Assembly (NCBI GenBank): GCA_024233595.1
Contig: JACKPK010000001.1
Coordinates: forward strand, 267,665-331,664
DNA length: 64,000 nt
DNA from: Deltaproteobacteria bacterium
GTDB lineage: Bacteria; UBA10199; JADGCS01
Reading direction: 5' to 3'
Shown here piece after piece: positions 59,960 to 64,000 of the stretch (the first letter of the stretch is position 1; each line of letters starts with the position of its first letter). The position numbers and the translations under genes were made by a program. The notes below the pieces were generated by a model. The model was not told where the DNA came from and made no database searches. It saw only the letters and a program-made list of their open reading frames with translations.

Positions 59960-60664
59960 TTAGGCCTTTGAGCTTTGTTGCTGCAAAAGAAACTCAAAAT
60001 AGGCGAAGTCAAGCGGGGTGTCGATATCCAGCGAACGCTCGGCGGGCATCACAAAAGGCATCGTGTCTTTTGCAAAAAATCCTTTGTGAGTCAGGAACCA
60101 ACTGACCTCAGCCAGGTACAAGGCCCCGTTTAAATGATAGGCTTTTGGTAATTCTTGGCGCTGCTTCACTCCCACTTGCTCTAAATTCTGAGAAACCAGC
60201 GGCTGAAACTGATTGTCCTGAATAAAAAACATCCACTGCGGATTTTTAGAGGTTTCGCAAACCGAAACCGAACTGCTTTGCCCAGAGCCAACACAGTGCT
60301 CGATAATGGCATCGATATCGCCTGCCTGACGCAATGGCGATGTGGGCTGCAAAAGCAAAAGATAATCGTAACCAGGATTTTGTTCCAAAACCTGTAAGAC
60401 CGCTTCAAAAATAGGAGCTGAATCGGTTGCGATATTTGTCGGACGCTTGATGACGTGCTCGCAACCACATTCGCTGCCCACTTTAAGAATTTCGTCGTCA
60501 TCTGAAGACAAAACAAAATGATCAAGGTAACGCGATTCCTTAGCTGCTTGAATTGTATAAGACAAAAGCGGTTTGCCAGCCGCCAGTTTGATGTTCTTGC
60601 GAGGAACACCTTTTGAGCCGCCTCTTGCTGGAATAATCCCAATTATTTTTTTATTTTGGAACAT
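59960..60664 (-). CDS. neuA: CMP-nonulosonic acid synthetase (acylneuraminate cytidylyltransferase family)
   Basis: 234 aa with 'IGIIPARGGSKGVPRKN' and 'LLLQPTSPLR'. Confidence 0.85.
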   Translation of the reverse strand: MFQNKKIIGIIPARGGSKGVPRKNIKLAAGKPLLSYTIQAAKESRYLDHFVLSSDDDEILKVGSECGCEHVIKRPTNIATDSAPIFEAVLQVLEQNPGYDYLLLLQPTSPLRQAGDIDAIIEHCVGSGQSSSVSVCETSKNPQWMFFIQDNQFQPLVSQNLEQVGVKQRQELPKAYHLNGALYLAEVSWFLTHKGFFAKDTMPFVMPAERSLDIDTPLDFAYFEFLLQQQSSKA

Positions 60665-60695
60665 GAACGAAGCTCGTCCTCATAGTTTGGTTTCT

Positions 60696-61748
60696 TCAAT
60701 CAGGAAAAACTTGGCGAAAATCACCATTGGCTTTTTTGAAATCACTGATCTGACCAATGTCGAGCCAATACTCTCTGATCGGGAATGCCACCGATTTTGA
60801 TTTGTCTTGCGCTGTGATTTTTTCAAACAAAGACGGCATATCAAACAAACCTTCTGCCGGAACAAAATCAAGCGCCTGAGGATCTAATACATAAATGCCA
60901 GCGTTCACAAAAAACTTGTGAATGGGTTTTTCGTCTATGCCTTCGATACTATGATTCTCTAATTTAACAACTCCGTAAGGAACTTTAAAATCGTACTCGC
61001 GCACACACATGGTGCCCAAGGCTGAGTTGGAAAGATGAAAATCCAATAACTGTTCAAAATTGATTGTGGTGAGCAAATCGCCATTCATGACAATCAATGG
61101 CAACTCAGGCTTTTCGGGCAAAAGCCTTAAAGACCCTGCCGTTCCCAATGGTTCATCTTCTTCCACGTAGCGAATCTCGGCACCAAACTTTTTGCCATCA
61201 CCAAAATACTCTTTTACCATTTCAGCTTTGTAATTCACTGTTAAAAAGAATTTATGAAAACCATTGTTCTGAAACTTATTGATGATGGTTTCTAAAATAG
61301 GTTTGCCACCGACTTTGAGCAAAGGCTTGGGGCAATCGTCTGTTAAGGGTCTTAAGCGACTGCCCTTGCCCCCTGCCATAAGAACAACCCAGTTGTCTTT
61401 TGTGTTTGGAGCAAGCAACTCGCTTAAGAATTCAACGCGAATCACATGGCGGTCTTCATCGATTAAAGGAAGTTGATTTAAACTCTGCTTGCGCATCAAT
61501 TCTAAAATTTGATCTTTGTTTTCGCTTGCGGAAGCTGTTTTGGGATCTTTGTTCATCACGATCGATACAGCTTGCTGAACAGAGACACCTTTAAGAATCC
61601 CACGGCGAATGTCCCCATCTGTGACCGTGCCTAGCAAACGCTGGTTATCGTCGATGACAACAGCGATTTGCGCTGAGGTTTCGTCAATGATGCGCATGGC
61701 TTCTAAAATACTTGTCTGCGCTTTGATGAGAATTTTCTGCCAATCCAT
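60696..61748 (-). CDS. CBS-domain sugar-phosphate nucleotidyltransferase (PtmE-like)
   Basis: 350 aa. An N-terminal CBS pair is followed by 'LMAGGKGSRLRPLT..CPKPLLKVGGKPILE'. Confidence 0.75.
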   Translation of the reverse strand: MDWQKILIKAQTSILEAMRIIDETSAQIAVVIDDNQRLLGTVTDGDIRRGILKGVSVQQAVSIVMNKDPKTASASENKDQILELMRKQSLNQLPLIDEDRHVIRVEFLSELLAPNTKDNWVVLMAGGKGSRLRPLTDDCPKPLLKVGGKPILETIINKFQNNGFHKFFLTVNYKAEMVKEYFGDGKKFGAEIRYVEEDEPLGTAGSLRLLPEKPELPLIVMNGDLLTTINFEQLLDFHLSNSALGTMCVREYDFKVPYGVVKLENHSIEGIDEKPIHKFFVNAGIYVLDPQALDFVPAEGLFDMPSLFEKITAQDKSKSVAFPIREYWLDIGQISDFKKANGDFRQVFPD

Positions 61749-61787
61749 TTTATCACCTTAAATTTGATCTGCACCTTGCTTGCTGTT

Positions 61788-62765
61788 TCATTTGTTCTCG
61801 AGTGCCAGCAAGCGTTCTTCTAGTTCTCTCATTTTTTGATAAGGATCAGTGCCCAATCGTTTCCCTATGGGAAATTGTGGAACAAAGGCTTCACCCAATG
61901 TTTGATCCTCTTGAACTTCGGCAACCTTTGTTAAGAGCAATACGGAATCGCCGCATTTAACAAAGGTCCCTCGTTCACACCGCCCTGTCACTTCCCCAAC
62001 ACGAGAAAGATAAGAGGGAGCGTTTTTAATAAGCTCACTTTTTAAAATAGCGAGCTCACCTTTTTTGCTCAAAGTCCTGGCTCCTGGTCCCGGTGTGGTG
62101 ATGGCTCGAATAAAATCAAACACCCGCTTTGCCGGCCAATTCCAGTCAATGTACTCGTCTCCCTGGCGACGCCTTGGAAAATAGGTGCCCACGGGATGAA
62201 TGTCATCCTGTTTTTTTCGTTCAGCCCGGCCATTTGCGATCAAGTGCAAGGCCTCATAAAGTGCATCTGCACATAATTCGTAAGCTTTTTCCAATAAGGA
62301 CGCGTAATCATCGCTTATAGAAATGGGCGCAAATTTTTGCGTGATGATGCTGCCCGTGTCAATGCCACCATCGACATCGATGACGGTCACACCAAAGTCT
62401 TGCTCTCCATTGATAAGCGCCCAGTTTAAAATATTGCGCCCGCGATAAAAAGGCAGCGCTCCCGCGTGGCAATTAATGAACCCAAGCGGAGCCGCCTTAC
62501 AAATGTTCTCTTGAAGAATTTGATTGAAGGACATCGAAACAAATAAATCAGCGTTGTGCTTTTTGATCTGCGTTATGAATTCATCGTCGTTTACATTTTG
62601 ATGAAACAAACACGGAACGCCCATGCGTTTTGCGTAATCTTGCAAGACAGGGTCTCGGTGATCATTGCGCACAACAATGAACACGACTTCTAATTGCTGG
62701 TCTTCTAAAATACGATCAAGCGCACGGTGAGACCAAGGGCCATCTGCAAAATAGCCTATCTTCAT
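61788..62765 (-). CDS. Formyltransferase (Fmt/ArnA-N-like) of the glycan locus
   Basis: 'MKIGYFADGPW...NCHAGALPFYRGRN' (HxxxLPxxRG motif). The ATG at 62765 forms an ATGA overlap with the neuB stop. The ORF-track start at 62861 is an upstream extension into neuB. Confidence 0.75.
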   Translation of the reverse strand: MKIGYFADGPWSHRALDRILEDQQLEVVFIVVRNDHRDPVLQDYAKRMGVPCLFHQNVNDDEFITQIKKHNADLFVSMSFNQILQENICKAAPLGFINCHAGALPFYRGRNILNWALINGEQDFGVTVIDVDGGIDTGSIITQKFAPISISDDYASLLEKAYELCADALYEALHLIANGRAERKKQDDIHPVGTYFPRRRQGDEYIDWNWPAKRVFDFIRAITTPGPGARTLSKKGELAILKSELIKNAPSYLSRVGEVTGRCERGTFVKCGDSVLLLTKVAEVQEDQTLGEAFVPQFPIGKRLGTDPYQKMRELEERLLALENK

Positions 62766-63835
62766 GAAATCACCTCGTCGACTTCGTAATCGTTTTCGGC
62801 CACACGCCCCAAATAATCCCAATACTGCATCGGCGAAACACCTGTGCCAGGCCGTTTGCAAGTTAAGTTTTCTTCCGTAAAAGCCTCGCCTTTTTTAATC
62901 GGCATGGCCGCAACCAAACTTTTTCTAACGATAGCGATGTTTTTTTCTTCACTGCTTGCCGGCGCTTTAATGCCTTGGCCCAAAGCTTTTTCGACTTGTC
63001 TGACTGATTTCACCAAGGCCATTAATTCAGAAGGATCTAAAGAGGCTTTGTGATCCGGCCCTTCCATGCTTTTATCCAAAGTAAAATGTTTCTCAAGCAC
63101 CTCGGCACCTCTAGCCGCTGCAGCAACAGCCATGGCGATGCCTTCCGTGTGATCCGATAATCCCACCTTAACACCAAAAGTATCTCGGATTTGATCCATG
63201 GCCCTTAAATTAACGTCTTCATAAGGTGTGGGGTATTCCGTTGTGCAATGAAGCACAGTCACTTTATCTTGAATGATTTTTTTGGCCGCGCTGCTTTCAA
63301 AACAAGCGCGTACTTTTTCTAAACTAGGTGTTTCTTGCGGGTTTAAAAAACCAAAACTCAAAACCGCAAGAGCGTCTTCCACTTCTTTTAAGGTGCTCAT
63401 GCCAGTCGAAAGAATAACAGGCTTTTGCGTGCGTGCTATTGCCAATAAAAAAGGTGCGTTGGTGATTTCGCCTGAAGGGACTTTAATGAGTGGCAGATCA
63501 AAATCGGTGGTTAAAAGTTTTAAACTCTCTAGCTCAAAAGGAGTCGATAAAAAAGCAATCCCCTGCTTTTCACAATGCGCAATGAGAGTGTAGTGATCTT
63601 CTAAGCTCAGCTCTAGTTTTTTTAACATGTCTAACTGAGACTCTGCCTTGCTTGTGGTCTTTTCCTGATAATCCGCCTTGGGGGCTTTATTACTTGCTAA
63701 ATGCACAGCACGAAAGCTTTGAAACTTAACAGCATCCGCACCAGCTTCTTTGGCAACATCAATAAGACGTTTGGCCAGTTCCATGTCTCCGTTGTGATTC
63801 ACGCCGGCTTCGGCAATGATGTAAACCGAATTCAT
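62762..63835 (-). CDS. neuB: Nonulosonic acid synthase (NeuB/LegI/PseI family)
   Basis: 'MNSVYIIAEAGVNHNGDMELAKRLIDVAKEAGADAVKFQ' and 'GLSDHTEG', with a C-terminal SAF-like domain. The ATG at 63835 overlaps the upstream gene's stop (ATGA). Confidence 0.88.
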   Translation of the reverse strand: MNSVYIIAEAGVNHNGDMELAKRLIDVAKEAGADAVKFQSFRAVHLASNKAPKADYQEKTTSKAESQLDMLKKLELSLEDHYTLIAHCEKQGIAFLSTPFELESLKLLTTDFDLPLIKVPSGEITNAPFLLAIARTQKPVILSTGMSTLKEVEDALAVLSFGFLNPQETPSLEKVRACFESSAAKKIIQDKVTVLHCTTEYPTPYEDVNLRAMDQIRDTFGVKVGLSDHTEGIAMAVAAAARGAEVLEKHFTLDKSMEGPDHKASLDPSELMALVKSVRQVEKALGQGIKAPASSEEKNIAIVRKSLVAAMPIKKGEAFTEENLTCKRPGTGVSPMQYWDYLGRVAENDYEVDEVIS

Positions 63836-64000
63836 AAAATCACTTCCTTTAAAATCATTTGTGCTTCCGCTGCCTTTGTCCCGATCATAGAACCACGCCA
63901 CTCAGCCATAGCGCGAATGACTTTTTCAGAACGTGGGAAAGGAAATTCGCCCAACTCACTGGCAAAGGTTTTCATGATGTTGATTTTTTGATCAAGATGG
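63832..64000 (-). CDS. 3' end of an unidentified gene translationally coupled to neuB (runs off the window)
   Basis: Hand translation gives '...HLDQKINIMKTFASELGEFPFPRSEKVIRAMAEWRGSMIGTKAAEAQMILKEVIL*'. It is open to the window edge, and its stop overlaps the neuB ATG. Confidence 0.5.
   Translation of the reverse strand, partial: HLDQKINIMKTFASELGEFPFPRSEKVIRAMAEWRGSMIGTKAAEAQMILKEVIL

Noticed and set aside
60181-60642. 153-aa minus-strand ORF inside neuA, and a 63-aa ORF at 60680-60871.
   Set aside because: They are alternative frames of well-supported genes (the cytidylyltransferase and the PtmE-like gene) and have no motifs.
62766-63901. N-terminal extensions given by the ORF track for the formyltransferase (to 62861) and NeuB (to 63901). 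Similar extensions appear for rplO, rplK, rplJ, rplL, rplN and rpmC.
   Set aside because: The extensions overlap upstream genes and lack homology. Internal ATG/GTG codons with SD sequences or ATGA coupling give canonical N-termini.
1-64000. CRISPR arrays, IS elements/transposases, integrases, prophage genes, rRNA genes and toxin-antitoxin pairs.
   Set aside because: I scanned both strands and the ORF track. I saw no regularly spaced short repeats, no DDE/tyrosine-recombinase-like ORFs and no rRNA-like sequence.

Overview
The window is a chromosomal segment from a Gram-negative, Proteobacteria-like bacterium. About 33 kb (11.1-44.3 kb, all on the minus strand) is conserved translation/transcription core. 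It holds the alpha, spc, S10 and str ribosomal operons, rpoB-rpoC, the L10/L12 and L11/L1 genes, nusG-secE, tRNA-Trp, rpmG and a second tuf copy. Three accessory regions flank this core. (1) At 1.9-8.8 kb there is an AT-rich islet: about 28-32% GC in hand-counted 60-nt lines, against about 50% in the flanks. It carries a tight four-gene operon of a MotA-like protein with a long helical tail, a MotB/OmpA-like protein, a 405-aa protein and a 980-aa SNF2 ATPase. This is a compact Zorya type I-like anti-phage system and the top hunt result. An XRE-type HTH gene broken by an in-frame stop sits directly upstream, and an eroded argC pseudogene and an alpha/beta hydrolase lie next to it. (2) At 44.7-45.4 kb there is a Thr-Tyr-Gly-Thr tRNA block, inverted relative to tuf, with two partial tRNA duplications. 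(3) At 49.9-64.0 kb there is a surface-glycan locus. It includes a Wza-like exporter, an EpsG/Wzy-like polymerase, a glycosyltransferase, two methyltransferases, an AT-rich variable core, a WbuX/Y/Z-like amidotransferase trio, and NeuB/NeuA/PtmE-like/formyltransferase genes for a nonulosonic acid. Other oddities are the absence of an rplX (uL24) gene between rplN and rplE, Lys/Ala-rich or acidic extensions on L17 and S5, and tuf copies that differ at only 11 nt. I found no CRISPR array, IS element, integrase or rRNA gene.
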